Source of the DNA: Nitrosopumilus sp.
Lineage (GTDB): Archaea; Thermoproteota; Nitrososphaeria; Nitrososphaerales; Nitrosopumilaceae
Length of the DNA: 64,000 bases
NCBI GenBank assembly: GCA_965238275.1
Contig: OZ250186.1
Location: forward strand, 64,001 to 128,000
Direction of reading: 5' to 3'
The translations under genes and the position numbers were made by a program. The notes under the pieces were generated by a model that was not told where the DNA came from, did no database searches, and was given only the letters and a program-made list of their open reading frames with translations. Positions 41,890-51,657 of this stretch are shown here, one piece after another (the first letter of the stretch is position 1; each line of letters begins with the position of its first letter).

Positions 41890-42648
41890 ATGAAATCGTA
41901 CGGAAAAGTGGACGCATCTTGGGATGACGCAAGGTTCCAAACCTTGATAGAAGACGCGTTCCAGATGGCCAAGAAGCACGAAAAGACGTTTGTAGTAGTC
42001 CAAGACGTGGACGGCAATGCCCTAGTGGGTGAATACGAACATGAACATCCCTACGTGTGCGCATGCTGGGCAAGTGCGCACAAGGACAAGGAGTCTTCGG
42101 AATGCGAGATAGAATTGGTGGACAACGTAGAATGGCACCGGTATACAGTGGATAAGATGGTTCCGAGGGTGCGTGGTGTTCTGACGAAAGGAATCGTAGA
42201 GTACGGTGACTTGGGGTTCCTGTCAGAAGGGCGATTGCAGCTAAGCGTGGCCATCAGATGCGCGCAGAGATTGAGCAACATTCATCACAAACCGTTCATC
42301 GTGGGTATGGCCGAGCGCGAGATAACGGTGGCGCCGGTGTCCGCAAGGCAATCTCCAGCAGTCGGTGACGCCACGCTTGTTAATCCAAGTGAGATAACGG
42401 TGGCGCCGGTGTCCGCAAGGGAATGCTTTGTAGAACAGGCAGCATGTGTGGTGACCAGACACGAATGCTGGAGCCTGCCGGACAATCTTCCGGACACAAA
42501 GATATACCGCTATTGGGGGCTAGACGTGCCGGCCAACCTGAAAGACACGATCGTGTCAGACCTGCGCTCAATAAGACTGTCAGATCCGGTAGGACTCATT
42601 TACGAATCCATATTGGAGCACTGGAAGCAGAAGCGCCAGAATGCATGA
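41890..42648 (+). CDS. Hypothetical protein, paralog of 51658-52383
   Basis: Shared motifs MKSYGKxDASW, VPRVR, FLSEGR, PFIVG, VAPVS, WSLPD, TIVSD; internal 30-bp direct repeat at 42319 and 42391. Confidence 0.75.
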   Translation: MKSYGKVDASWDDARFQTLIEDAFQMAKKHEKTFVVVQDVDGNALVGEYEHEHPYVCACWASAHKDKESSECEIELVDNVEWHRYTVDKMVPRVRGVLTKGIVEYGDLGFLSEGRLQLSVAIRCAQRLSNIHHKPFIVGMAEREITVAPVSARQSPAVGDATLVNPSEITVAPVSARECFVEQAACVVTRHECWSLPDNLPDTKIYRYWGLDVPANLKDTIVSDLRSIRLSDPVGLIYESILEHWKQKRQNA

Positions 42649-42757
42649 GCGCCGATTTGTATACGTCAGTTTAACAACAGTATCTCAAACACGATGCACA
42701 CCATCTGGATTCATAGCCTGTTTTGAGGCGTGCCGCGCGCAACACCTCATACAGATT

Positions 42758-44439
42758 AGATCTCATGCAGAATGTGCCTGATTTAAAAAACTGAATTAAA
42801 TTGGGTTATTCCCACGTGCGGCACCACATGCGGCCGAATATCCACAGAATCGTAAAGCATGCCAATCCAAGAAGGATAACCGAAACGTTAAGATCGGTGA
42901 TTTTTACGCCACACCGTGATGGCAATGCTAGTCGATCCAACGGTGCAGAGATTACGGCAGGAAAACGAGGCGCTCAGGGAGTCGGATGAATCCTGCCGGC
43001 AGAGGATCAGGGCCCTCAGGGAAGCACGCAGGACAGACCGACAGAAGTGCGAGGCGCTCAAGGAACGCCTGACTGATCACTGGACCGTCACGTCGAGGGT
43101 TCTCGACGACATCATAAAATATCCGGAATTACTGCACGCCATGACGCTGCGCACCCCGGAAAAGTTTGGCCACACGCTGAACCGCCTCGAGGAGCTTTTG
43201 GAGCGGAACGGGGAGACTGCGCTCTTCCGGGAAATCGAGAACAGATCGAAAAACTCCGGGAGCAGGCGCATCCTGCCCCTGAGGCACGCGTACCTGCTGT
43301 GGCTGTTTCGGACAAGGCTGAGCATACCGCAGGAAGCCCTTGCCGCGATGTTTGGCGTCGACCAGGCCACCGTCTCCAGGTATCTCCCGTTGATGACCAG
43401 GCTGCTAGGCGAGACAGGCACGGCGCCGCGCAAAATCAGCGAGGCTGTACAAAAGGCCAAGACACTCGAGGAGAGCAAGAAGATAATACCCGGCAGGAGG
43501 GGAGGAGAACTGATGGTGGACGGCACGCACAACCGGGTCAGAAGGTCCGCGGACAAGGAGAGACGCAAAAAGACGTACTCTGGCAAGAAGAAGGCGCACA
43601 CGTACAATACCAACATCGTGATCAACAAGCGCCGCGTGATAGTGGCGATAAGCAAGACCGTTCCGGGCAGCGTCCACGACAAGACCCTGCTCAACGAGGA
43701 TCCGCCAAACCTTGGAATCATTACGGCAAGGATGGGCCAGAAGGACGTGCCCGAAAAAGAAAAGCCTGACGTCCTGATGGACAAGGGCTACCAAGGGACA
43801 AGAGAGGAATATCCCGGATGGCACATCAGGCACCCGCACAAGAAAAAGCGTGGAGCCGACAAAAAGACCGGCGGCCTGACAAAGAAGCAGCGCGCCTACA
43901 ACAAGAGGGTAAACAGCTCCCGTGTGGCCATAGAGCACGTTATCGGAAGCCTGAAACAGTACAAGAGGCTGACTGACCCGTACGACGGCACCGAGGAGGA
44001 GTACAACGACGAGCTCAACGCGATTGCGGGAATGGTAAACCAGGATCTGATGTGGGACGAAATAAAACTCAGGGACGCGGACCTTCTCAAAAGGCTGGCC
44101 GAAAAAAGGGCGCGCCTCTGAGACAGGGCGGCACGAGCCGCCTGACGGAGTGAAAGACAGGTGGCATCAGGCAGTGCAGGAATGTCGCGCACGGCATCCA
44201 ATATTTGTGCAAATTCCCCCACCATTCCCCATGAAACAACCTGCCGCCCCGGGGACGGATGCCGCACATCCACAGAACGTGCCTTATTTTCCAATACTGG
44301 AAACTGGATTTTTCACATGGACGTGCAAGACAAATTTGTAAAATATACGGCAGACGAGATTTTCAAATATGGCCACGGCTAGCGCAGTTCTGATATGATT
44401 TTATGATTTGCCACGTCAGGCACATTCTGCATAGGATCT
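42758..44439 (+). mobile_element. IS5/ISL2-like element, family 2, copy 2 (1682 bp)
   Basis: Same IRs as the copy at 22943; ATT target duplication. Confidence 0.92.
42916..44121 (+). CDS. IS5/ISL2-like transposase
   Basis: Differs by only two residues (H/R, T/A) from 23101-24306. Confidence 0.9.
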   Translation: MMAMLVDPTVQRLRQENEALRESDESCRQRIRALREARRTDRQKCEALKERLTDHWTVTSRVLDDIIKYPELLHAMTLRTPEKFGHTLNRLEELLERNGETALFREIENRSKNSGSRRILPLRHAYLLWLFRTRLSIPQEALAAMFGVDQATVSRYLPLMTRLLGETGTAPRKISEAVQKAKTLEESKKIIPGRRGGELMVDGTHNRVRRSADKERRKKTYSGKKKAHTYNTNIVINKRRVIVAISKTVPGSVHDKTLLNEDPPNLGIITARMGQKDVPEKEKPDVLMDKGYQGTREEYPGWHIRHPHKKKRGADKKTGGLTKKQRAYNKRVNSSRVAIEHVIGSLKQYKRLTDPYDGTEEEYNDELNAIAGMVNQDLMWDEIKLRDADLLKRLAEKRARL

Positions 44440-44489
44440 ATTATATACCGCGTGCGAGATTTTTTTCCGTGACACCGCAACTTTTCCCG

Positions 44490-44927
44490 ATGACTCCGGC
44501 CAGGATCCGCTTGCAGAACCGCTGGTTCGAAGAGTCGAAGACGGCCAGTGCCCAAGACCAAGAGCAAGAAATAACCGAGCACGGCATGGTATACTTCAAG
44601 CAGGACGGTGAAATACAGGTAAAAGAAGAGCCAGTCGATTTTCTCAAGGCAAAATCAGAGATCGAGTCTCTGGGTCACGGGGAATACAACCACTATATCG
44701 GATTCATAAACCAAAAAACCCGCGAGTTGCTCCAGTTTGCAAGATATGATGCAGACGGTTGGTACGCTGAAGTGCCGGTTCCGTATGGCAAATCTTGGAA
44801 CGGCTACGTCTGGGGGTGCAGGACAAACACCGAGTCGGTCATCTCCATATCCAAACTGTTCATCGAAGAGTTGTCCTGGTTCGACACGCTCCCATTCACC
44901 ATGCGGCGGTACGACAATAATTCGTGA
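44490..44927 (+). CDS. Hypothetical protein
   Basis: ORF with globular composition (FIGF-like YIGFIN, LQFARY, WYAEVP). Confidence 0.6.
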   Translation: MTPARIRLQNRWFEESKTASAQDQEQEITEHGMVYFKQDGEIQVKEEPVDFLKAKSEIESLGHGEYNHYIGFINQKTRELLQFARYDADGWYAEVPVPYGKSWNGYVWGCRTNTESVISISKLFIEELSWFDTLPFTMRRYDNNS

Positions 44928-45069
44928 CGTGACGCATGGATTTGGAGCACCCAGATGTTATACACATCAGACCACCGTGCTATTGGGGGTTCTGAACTAT
45001 TACAAGCACAAGCAAACCGGCGTCTGGCAAGGTACAAATACGTAGCCTGTCGGCAAAGAGGGAGTTAAA

Positions 45070-47013
45070 ATGGCTTTGGACGAAGATCTGCCCGCACCCA
45101 TACGGGATATCGCAGCAACCGACGCGAGGAGATTGCGCGTCATGGCCGGTCCCGGCACGGGCAAGTCATGGGCGCTCAAGGAACGCGTGAAGCGGCTGGT
45201 AGGGGAAGGACAGGATCCGTCTCGCATCTGGGCCGTCACGTTCACCCGCAACGCCGCCAAGGAGCTTGCCGACGATCTTGCCGACCCGGGAATCGTAGGT
45301 GGCAATCTCATACGGGTCAGCACGCTCCACTCATACTGCTTTGGCCTTTTGAGAGATCATGCGGCCCGTACCGGCCGCATCCCCCGCATAGTCATGAGGG
45401 TTTCATCGTTCAATCCCTTGGGGTTTGAGAGCGGCATGCTGGTAAGTGATCTGATCAACGAGAATCCGGAGTTTGGTGATGAAAAGAGATGCTCTGAACG
45501 CATAAAGAAGTTTGAGGCGGGCTGGGCGGAGATGGAATCAGACATGCTTGACGACCCGGTCAACCAGTCGCTTGAAAAGCGCCTGGGCGCATGGCTTGGT
45601 TTCCACAGGGCGATGCTCATGAATGAGCTCGTGCCGGAATCTTTGCGTTTTCTTCGCAACGGCAAGGCATCCGGCGCGCTTGCCGATTTTGATCACGTGA
45701 TAGTAGATGAGTACCAAGATTTGAACAAGGCAGATCAGGAGATTATCAATCTCGTATCAGGGAATGGATCCTTGACAATAGTGGGCGATGGCAACCAGTC
45801 AATCTATGGCTTCCGTCACGCGCATCCAAAAGGAATAGAAGATTTTCAAAACAGGTATCATGACGCGTGCAACGTGTCGCTTGCGGAATGTCAAAGGAGT
45901 CCGGTCCGGGTCGTGGAGATGGCCAACAACCTGATTGCCCTCAATCACCCGTCCGGCACGCCGCCCGGCTTGCGGCCCAAGCCTGGCAATCCTGATGGAG
46001 AAGTGCACACAGTCCGTTGGAACACAAGGGATGAAGAGGCAGAGGGCATAGCCAAATACGTAAGGCACCTGACAGACAGCCGCGCTTGCAGGCCAGAAGA
46101 CATACTGATCATGGCCCCGTGGAAAAAGCTGGGCCGCAAGATACATGACGCGGTAAGTGACCAAGGCGTCTCCGTGCACAACTTTGATCAGGACGTGCTG
46201 GCAAAAGACGCGGCACAGCGTGCATTCGCGCTGCTCACATTATTGGGCAACGGCGAAGACAGGGTGATGCTCAGGTGGTGGCTGGGGCATGATGATTCAG
46301 GACGACTCAACGGTCCATACCGAAAGCTTCGCGAGCATTGCGAAGCCAACGGCAAGTCGCCACGATCCGTTCTTGAGGACATGATGCATGGCAGAACGGT
46401 TTTGCCCGACGCGTCGCCCCTGCTGGCGCCGTTTGGGAATCTGGTTGGGGAGACTGACCGTCTGTCCAAACTGGGCCTGCGTGACTTGGTCGACGACCTG
46501 TTGCCAGAAGACAATGAAGACTGTGCGGTTTTGAGGAAGATTGCAGAACGCGCGCTTACAAACAGCGAAAGCGTCCAACAAATGTACGAGCGCGTATTGG
46601 AAGACGTCATCCAGCCCGAAGATCCAAGCGGCAATTCCGTGCACGTAATGACCATGCACAAAACCAAGGGCCTGTCCAGCAAGGTCGTAATTGTGGCCGG
46701 CTGTTGTGACGGACTGGTTCCTTACAGAAACAGCAGGCTTGCTGACGATGAACGCAGTGCCGCAATGCGCGAATCCCGCAGGCTGTTCTATGTTGCAATC
46801 ACTAGATGCAAGAAGATTCTTGTGCTTTCTTACTTTGCCGCCCTCAGCCCATCCGAATACTCCAATATGCGCATTCCGCTCAGAGGACAGGATCAAAGCA
46901 AACAACGATACTATACCCTGCCAAGCCCGTTCATAGGCGAACTGGGTCCGGACACTCCTTCTGCAATGGAGGGGAAGGCGTGGCAGGCTGCCAAGTATGC
47001 TGAACAGCCTTGA
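45070..47013 (+). CDS. SF1 UvrD/Rep-like helicase
   Basis: AGPGTGKS, VTFT, VDEYQD, VGDGNQSIYGFR, TMHKTKGL, RRLFYVAITR. Confidence 0.92.
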   Translation: MALDEDLPAPIRDIAATDARRLRVMAGPGTGKSWALKERVKRLVGEGQDPSRIWAVTFTRNAAKELADDLADPGIVGGNLIRVSTLHSYCFGLLRDHAARTGRIPRIVMRVSSFNPLGFESGMLVSDLINENPEFGDEKRCSERIKKFEAGWAEMESDMLDDPVNQSLEKRLGAWLGFHRAMLMNELVPESLRFLRNGKASGALADFDHVIVDEYQDLNKADQEIINLVSGNGSLTIVGDGNQSIYGFRHAHPKGIEDFQNRYHDACNVSLAECQRSPVRVVEMANNLIALNHPSGTPPGLRPKPGNPDGEVHTVRWNTRDEEAEGIAKYVRHLTDSRACRPEDILIMAPWKKLGRKIHDAVSDQGVSVHNFDQDVLAKDAAQRAFALLTLLGNGEDRVMLRWWLGHDDSGRLNGPYRKLREHCEANGKSPRSVLEDMMHGRTVLPDASPLLAPFGNLVGETDRLSKLGLRDLVDDLLPEDNEDCAVLRKIAERALTNSESVQQMYERVLEDVIQPEDPSGNSVHVMTMHKTKGLSSKVVIVAGCCDGLVPYRNSRLADDERSAAMRESRRLFYVAITRCKKILVLSYFAALSPSEYSNMRIPLRGQDQSKQRYYTLPSPFIGELGPDTPSAMEGKAWQAAKYAEQP

Positions 47014-47021
47014 TGTCCTAA

Positions 47022-47428
47022 TCAGAACCCATATGCCCAATCCACCCATTTTACCGGCTTTCATAAAAAACTGGGAAAATGTGGTTTAAAACTCACCATG
47101 TCGAACATGCGGTAAACCTGTTTACCCCAAATCCAGAATAATATGCGCGGTCTTACAGCACTTTATCGTACCCTGAAAATCCTACTTGACCGGAGCTTGG
47201 GAGCAGGCCCTGTTCCAGTCGGCTGACGCCTTCCATTGTCCCGGCGGCGGACCCTTTTGCACGCGATCCCACAAAAGGTTCAGGTTCACCAGCCAAGTAA
47301 CCACTTTGAACTCCCTGTTGAACTGCGCCGCGTTGCCGTCGTACGGGTCAGTAAGACGCGCGTAGCGCTTGAGCCTGCACATGGCGTGTTCTGCTAGCAC
47401 CCTGGCGGAGTTGATCCTTCCGTTGTGC
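47022..47428 (-). pseudogene. Decayed 3' end of a family-1 IS5/ISL2-like element
   Basis: RLKRYARLTDPYDGNAAQFNREF...APVK followed by a degenerate 3' non-coding end. Confidence 0.85.
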
Positions 47429-47550
47429 CCAAGTCAGATTCCTCTGAGACTGACATGACAAAATCAGTGCTTGCGTATCACAAGTCTGAACGGATTTCAA
47501 TCCAAAGATTATATGTGGTTTTTACAAGTTGGTAAGGCGGCTAGCCTAAA

Positions 47551-48309
47551 TTGAGAATCAAGACTATTAGAAACATTTCTGATGACTGTCAGATTTCGTT
47601 ATCCACAGATCGTACAAAGAACATTAATTTCATAGTGGGTGAAAATACAGCTGGCAAAACCACCTTGTTTAATAAAATCCGGTCATGTCTTTCAAACTCG
47701 GAAAAAAACAGCGGCATTGAGTTAGAATTAACTGAAAAAGGAGATTACGAGACCGATTATATTTTTGTAGATAGTTATGCACGTATTGACGAACTTTTAA
47801 AACATTTGAATGAGTTGGGGCTTGCAGACGATATTTTGGTAGATGTCATTAAACGAACCGAACGGATGCTGCAGAAAATTCACGGCGTGTTTGACGATAA
47901 AAAATGTTTGTTAAAACTGGAAAAAGGTAAAGTCATCATGCCAACTTCCCTCGCGCATGCCCCAAATCGTATTCTCTATTTTGCGGTGCTTATTGCACTC
48001 AGGGAACAGAGGGGAGTTGAACTGCCGTTGATAGCTGATTGTCCTCTTCTCAGCCAATACCTTATGTTTAGCAAGCGTCTTGTTCAAATGATTGCAGATA
48101 ATACTGCCCAGGCCTTGTTTTTTGAATTGCCTTTTAGTGTTACTGGCACTGCCCAGGACAATTGGTGGGATGACGATGCCCCAGATGTTTCATTATATGA
48201 CGATATGAAAAATAACGGTACGCTAGGTTCATTATATGTATTGAACAGGGATAGAAGTAAGGGGTCACGGTCACGCTTGAATCAGTTTTCTGCAACCGGA
48301 ATGATCTAA
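47551..48309 (+). CDS. Compact ABC/SMC-like ATPase (DndD/Rad50-like head with little coiled coil; degenerate Walker B)
   Basis: Walker A GENTAGKTT; LPLIADCPL. Confidence 0.6.
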   Translation: MRIKTIRNISDDCQISLSTDRTKNINFIVGENTAGKTTLFNKIRSCLSNSEKNSGIELELTEKGDYETDYIFVDSYARIDELLKHLNELGLADDILVDVIKRTERMLQKIHGVFDDKKCLLKLEKGKVIMPTSLAHAPNRILYFAVLIALREQRGVELPLIADCPLLSQYLMFSKRLVQMIADNTAQALFFELPFSVTGTAQDNWWDDDAPDVSLYDDMKNNGTLGSLYVLNRDRSKGSRSRLNQFSATGMI

Positions 48310-48339
48310 ATCGCAAGCGGTCCAACGATTCCCATTGTC

Positions 48340-48690
48340 AAACCCGGAAACCAAGATACTGCGCGACGAGCTGGCCAGAATCATTGCCAAGGTCAAGGCG
48401 AGGGATTCTGTCACAGACGAATTAATACGCACGCAGGATGAAATGCGCCGGACCGTCATGGAGAAAGACATGTAGATTGACTCCCTCCTGAGACTCCTGA
48501 AAATCTACGAGAACGCACATGCCCCTCCATCTCACGGCAGCGTGTCTGCACAGCAGGAGAAAGCACGCGTTTCGGGCAGAACCAAACGTGACGATTCGTC
48601 AAAAAATCGGAAGTCGGGGCGCAGGCACACGGCCACGCCGGCGTGCCACATCCCAGGAGATCCAGCACGACCGTGTGTCACGTGTCCGAC
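48340..48690 (+). pseudogene. IS66-type transposase N-terminal remnant
   Basis: ETKILRDELARII and LKIYENAHAPPSH parallel EISLLRRELARVV and LRKYENPN of the 49001 transposase. Confidence 0.55.
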
Positions 48691-48910
48691 AGGTGCGGCT
48701 GCTGCGACGGGTTGGTTCTTTTCAGGAACAACGGATGTGCCCGTGACAAGAACTATGCCAAAATGCGCGAATCTCGCAGGCGGTTCTATGTCGCAGTTAC
48801 CAGCTGCAAGGAGGTTCTCGTGATCTTCTACTTTGGCACCCTCGGACAATCCGGACTCTGTCATGCGCATCCCATGCAGGCGAGACGAAATCAGTCAGAG
48901 GCACCATATG

Positions 48911-50559
48911 GTATGGACTCAGGTCCGTGCCTAGATTTTAATCGCTTGTGCATCAAATTAGACCATGCCGATTTATTGATCTCGGAATCCGCGAACCCAC
49001 GTGAGCAAATCAGAGATATCGCTCCTACGCAGGGAGCTGGCAAGGGTAGTGACGGAGTTCGAGAAGTTTAAGAAAACGATGTACAAGACAAATGCCGAAC
49101 TCACCAAGAAGGTGACGCTGCTCGAGATTGAAAACGACCGCCTGACCCTGGAAAACGCGGGGTACCGCAGGAGGCTCCGCAAGTACGAGAACCCCAACAT
49201 GTCCTCGTCCACATATTCGTTGTACAACTCGGACCGCACGGCATTCAGGAAGCGGATGGACATGGAGGCCAAGATGGAGTCCGATGGCAGCGGGCCCAAG
49301 GAAGGAGAAAAGTCCGAATCGGAAGGCGGACCTGAATCAGAAGGCGAAGGCGCCGGAGACAAGACCCGCAAGGGACCGCCGGCAGGACACGCCGGCGCCT
49401 CGCACAAGAACAAGGCCGAGAGGACCGAGAGTCTGCCAGTGTGCAGGTGCGAAAAGTGCGGACGCGGACACCTGGTCCGGATGCCGTCCATTGTCAAGAT
49501 GGTGTATGATTTTCCCGACGACGGCGCCATGAGGATCGAGCGCGTCGCGTACCTGGTGGGACAGGGGTTGTGCAAGAGGTGCAATCACGTCAGCTCTGCC
49601 GTGCCTCCCACGATCCCCGGCACGTCGCTTGGCCCCAAGGCCCTGGGGTTTGTGGAGGAGTACTACGACAAGAGGAGCACGGACTACACCGTATCATACT
49701 ATTTCAAGGCGCTGTACGGGTTTGGCATATCGCCAAACGCCATATGGAACGCGCGCAAGGCCCTCAAAAAGATCCTCAAGGGCGCGTACGAGGGCATACT
49801 GGCCCACATCGCCGAGGCCGCGTTCGTGCAGTTTGACGAGTCCCACATGAAGATGAACGGGAAGAAGGGGTACGTGTGGCTGGTCACCGCCGGGGACGCC
49901 ACGTATCTGGTGGCCGCCCCGAGCAGGGCGGCCCTCGTGATAAACGCGCATTTTGCCCGGCTGCTTGGCAAGCCGGTGGTGGTGGATGGGTACACCGTCT
50001 ACAACATGTTCCCAGTCAAGCAGAGGTGCTGGGTGCACCTGCTGCGCGCCGCAGAAGAGTACGCCATCAAGAACGGCGGCAACGATCTTGCCTGCTACCG
50101 CAGGCTGCTTGCCCTGTACCGGTCAGTCAAGGACAGGGAATCTGCCGGATCCGGCGAGTGCCTGGACCTGGAAAGGACGGTGCTCCAAATCGCCTCGGAC
50201 TACGGGGAGTCCCACGACTTCCGCACGACGCTTGAGAACGCGGCCCCGTGCATGTTCACGTTCCTCAGGCATCCGGGCATGCCGCCGCATAACAACGCAG
50301 CAGAGTTGGAGATACGCGACACTGCGGTGCTGCACAGGAACGTGCGGCACCAGCTGTCCGAACCCGAGGGGCGGGAGGTCTTCTCGGTGCTGATATCAGT
50401 GGCGCGCACCTGCCACAAGCAGGGCATCTTCCCGCGCCAAGCAGTCGAGAACATCATCATGGATCCTGGCTGGAGCATATTCAAGCCACCCGAACAATAT
50501 CAGAAGGTTTCTGTACCCGCAGTGGCAGCGTAGCGCAGTTTGGCGACCTGAGTCCATAC
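48911..50559 (+). mobile_element. IS66-family (ISBst12-like, single ORF) element
   Basis: IR GTATGGACTCAGGTC; 8-bp target duplication ACCATATG. Confidence 0.93.
49001..50533 (+). CDS. IS66 transposase
   Basis: Zn finger (CEKC, CKRC), FDES, VDGY, QRCWVHLLR, NNAAE. Confidence 0.92.
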   Translation: MSKSEISLLRRELARVVTEFEKFKKTMYKTNAELTKKVTLLEIENDRLTLENAGYRRRLRKYENPNMSSSTYSLYNSDRTAFRKRMDMEAKMESDGSGPKEGEKSESEGGPESEGEGAGDKTRKGPPAGHAGASHKNKAERTESLPVCRCEKCGRGHLVRMPSIVKMVYDFPDDGAMRIERVAYLVGQGLCKRCNHVSSAVPPTIPGTSLGPKALGFVEEYYDKRSTDYTVSYYFKALYGFGISPNAIWNARKALKKILKGAYEGILAHIAEAAFVQFDESHMKMNGKKGYVWLVTAGDATYLVAAPSRAALVINAHFARLLGKPVVVDGYTVYNMFPVKQRCWVHLLRAAEEYAIKNGGNDLACYRRLLALYRSVKDRESAGSGECLDLERTVLQIASDYGESHDFRTTLENAAPCMFTFLRHPGMPPHNNAAELEIRDTAVLHRNVRHQLSEPEGREVFSVLISVARTCHKQGIFPRQAVENIIMDPGWSIFKPPEQYQKVSVPAVAA

Positions 50560-50721
50560 ACCATATGTTGCCAAACCTATTCATTGGCGAACCGGGCCAG
50601 CCGCTCCTGCAACGGACGGGACGACATGGCAGGCTGCCCAATATGCTGAACAGCATTGATGGTCTAATTTGGCCAACCCGCCAAAAACTCCCCAGACTGA
50701 ACGCGTCTTGGTGGTTTTACA

Positions 50722-50791
50722 GGCTATGGTAAATTTTGGTAATCAGATTACCATGATTGGACAGACCATCTCACTAGAATTTACCGGAGCC
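50722..50791. repeat. 70-bp element bounded by inverted copies of the 22-bp motif; partial direct copy at 51129-51183
   Basis: ggctatggtaaattttggtaat ... tcactagaatttaccggagcc. Confidence 0.65.
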
Positions 50792-50840
50792 CAAGTTCAA
50801 ACTTGCTATATTTTGATTTTATGATTTGTTTTGTCAGATT

Positions 50841-51074
50841 TTATACTTTAAGCCCTAATTGATATTTGGTGGACTTTGATTCTATGATTTGTTTGTCTTG
50901 GAGCAGTTTGGACTTTATTTTGTCGGCTATGTCTTGTAGGTTGCATTCGTCTATGTCACCCCTCCATTTGAGGACGTGTTGGACTGTAACATCGATATCG
51001 GCAGTCGTGCGCGGCCCGTATTTATCCAAATGGCGTTGAAAAAATTTTTCCAATTGCTCTAAGGTGTATGGCAT
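50841..51074 (-). CDS. Small winged-helix-like protein
   Basis: 77 aa ORF MPYTLEQL...IIESKSTKYQL. Confidence 0.5.
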   Translation of the reverse strand: MPYTLEQLEKFFQRHLDKYGPRTTADIDVTVQHVLKWRGDIDECNLQDIADKIKSKLLQDKQIIESKSTKYQLGLKV

Positions 51075-51220
51075 GATGCACAATATGCGGTTCTGGTAAT
51101 AATCCTTGGGTTCTGTCGGTGGGAGGCAGACCCGGGTAAATTTTGGCAATCAGATCATGTGGTCGCCATGATTGAACGGAGCCGTTTTGTGGTGCGGTGG
51201 GGAACGGTTCCGTTGTTAAT

Positions 51221-51270
51221 AACGGTAAAAAACGGTTAGTAACGGTTAGTAACTGTTAACAACAGGTTAA
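51221..51270 (+). repeat. Tandem degenerate 10-bp repeats (AACGGTTAGT)
   Basis: aacggtaaaa aacggttagt aacggttagt aactgttaac aacaggttaa. Confidence 0.75.
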
Positions 51271-51657
51271 GCGCACGCCAGCACCTACAAATTTTTCTGA
51301 CACGCGTCATTCCCAATGTCTTTCAGGCAAAGACTTGACGCCAAGATCCTCCAAACGGGGTTAGGATTTGGAGTCCTCGGGCGTTTTCCTGCGCGGAAAT
51401 TCCTCACATCATCGAACAGAATAAGTTCTCCCGCAGTGTTCAGCCCTTGTCCGATTCTTGGACTCTTGCCTTGATCTCGTCATGGATGAAAATCACATGA
51501 TCTGCCAATTCGATCCCGTCAAAGACATGCCGAATCCATGCGCCCACTTCTTTGCAGTCTGCGCATGCTAATGGTTACCACCCAAGGAGGTTGTCAAACG
51601 TGTCTGTTTTGTGTGACAGCATAGCGTTTTAACCCACCGCAGGCAAAACGCTGTGGC

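Larger units (their letters stand above)
48694..50659 (+). pseudogene. Decayed duplicate of the helicase C-terminus, split by an IS66 element
   Basis: GCCDGLV...MRESRRRFYVAVT before the IS, and tggcaggctgcccaatatgctgaacag after it, match 46699-47010. Confidence 0.8.

Noticed and set aside
1666-47013. Gabija system (OLD nuclease + UvrD helicase)
   Set aside because: The two genes are over 41 kb apart on opposite strands; Gabija genes are adjacent.
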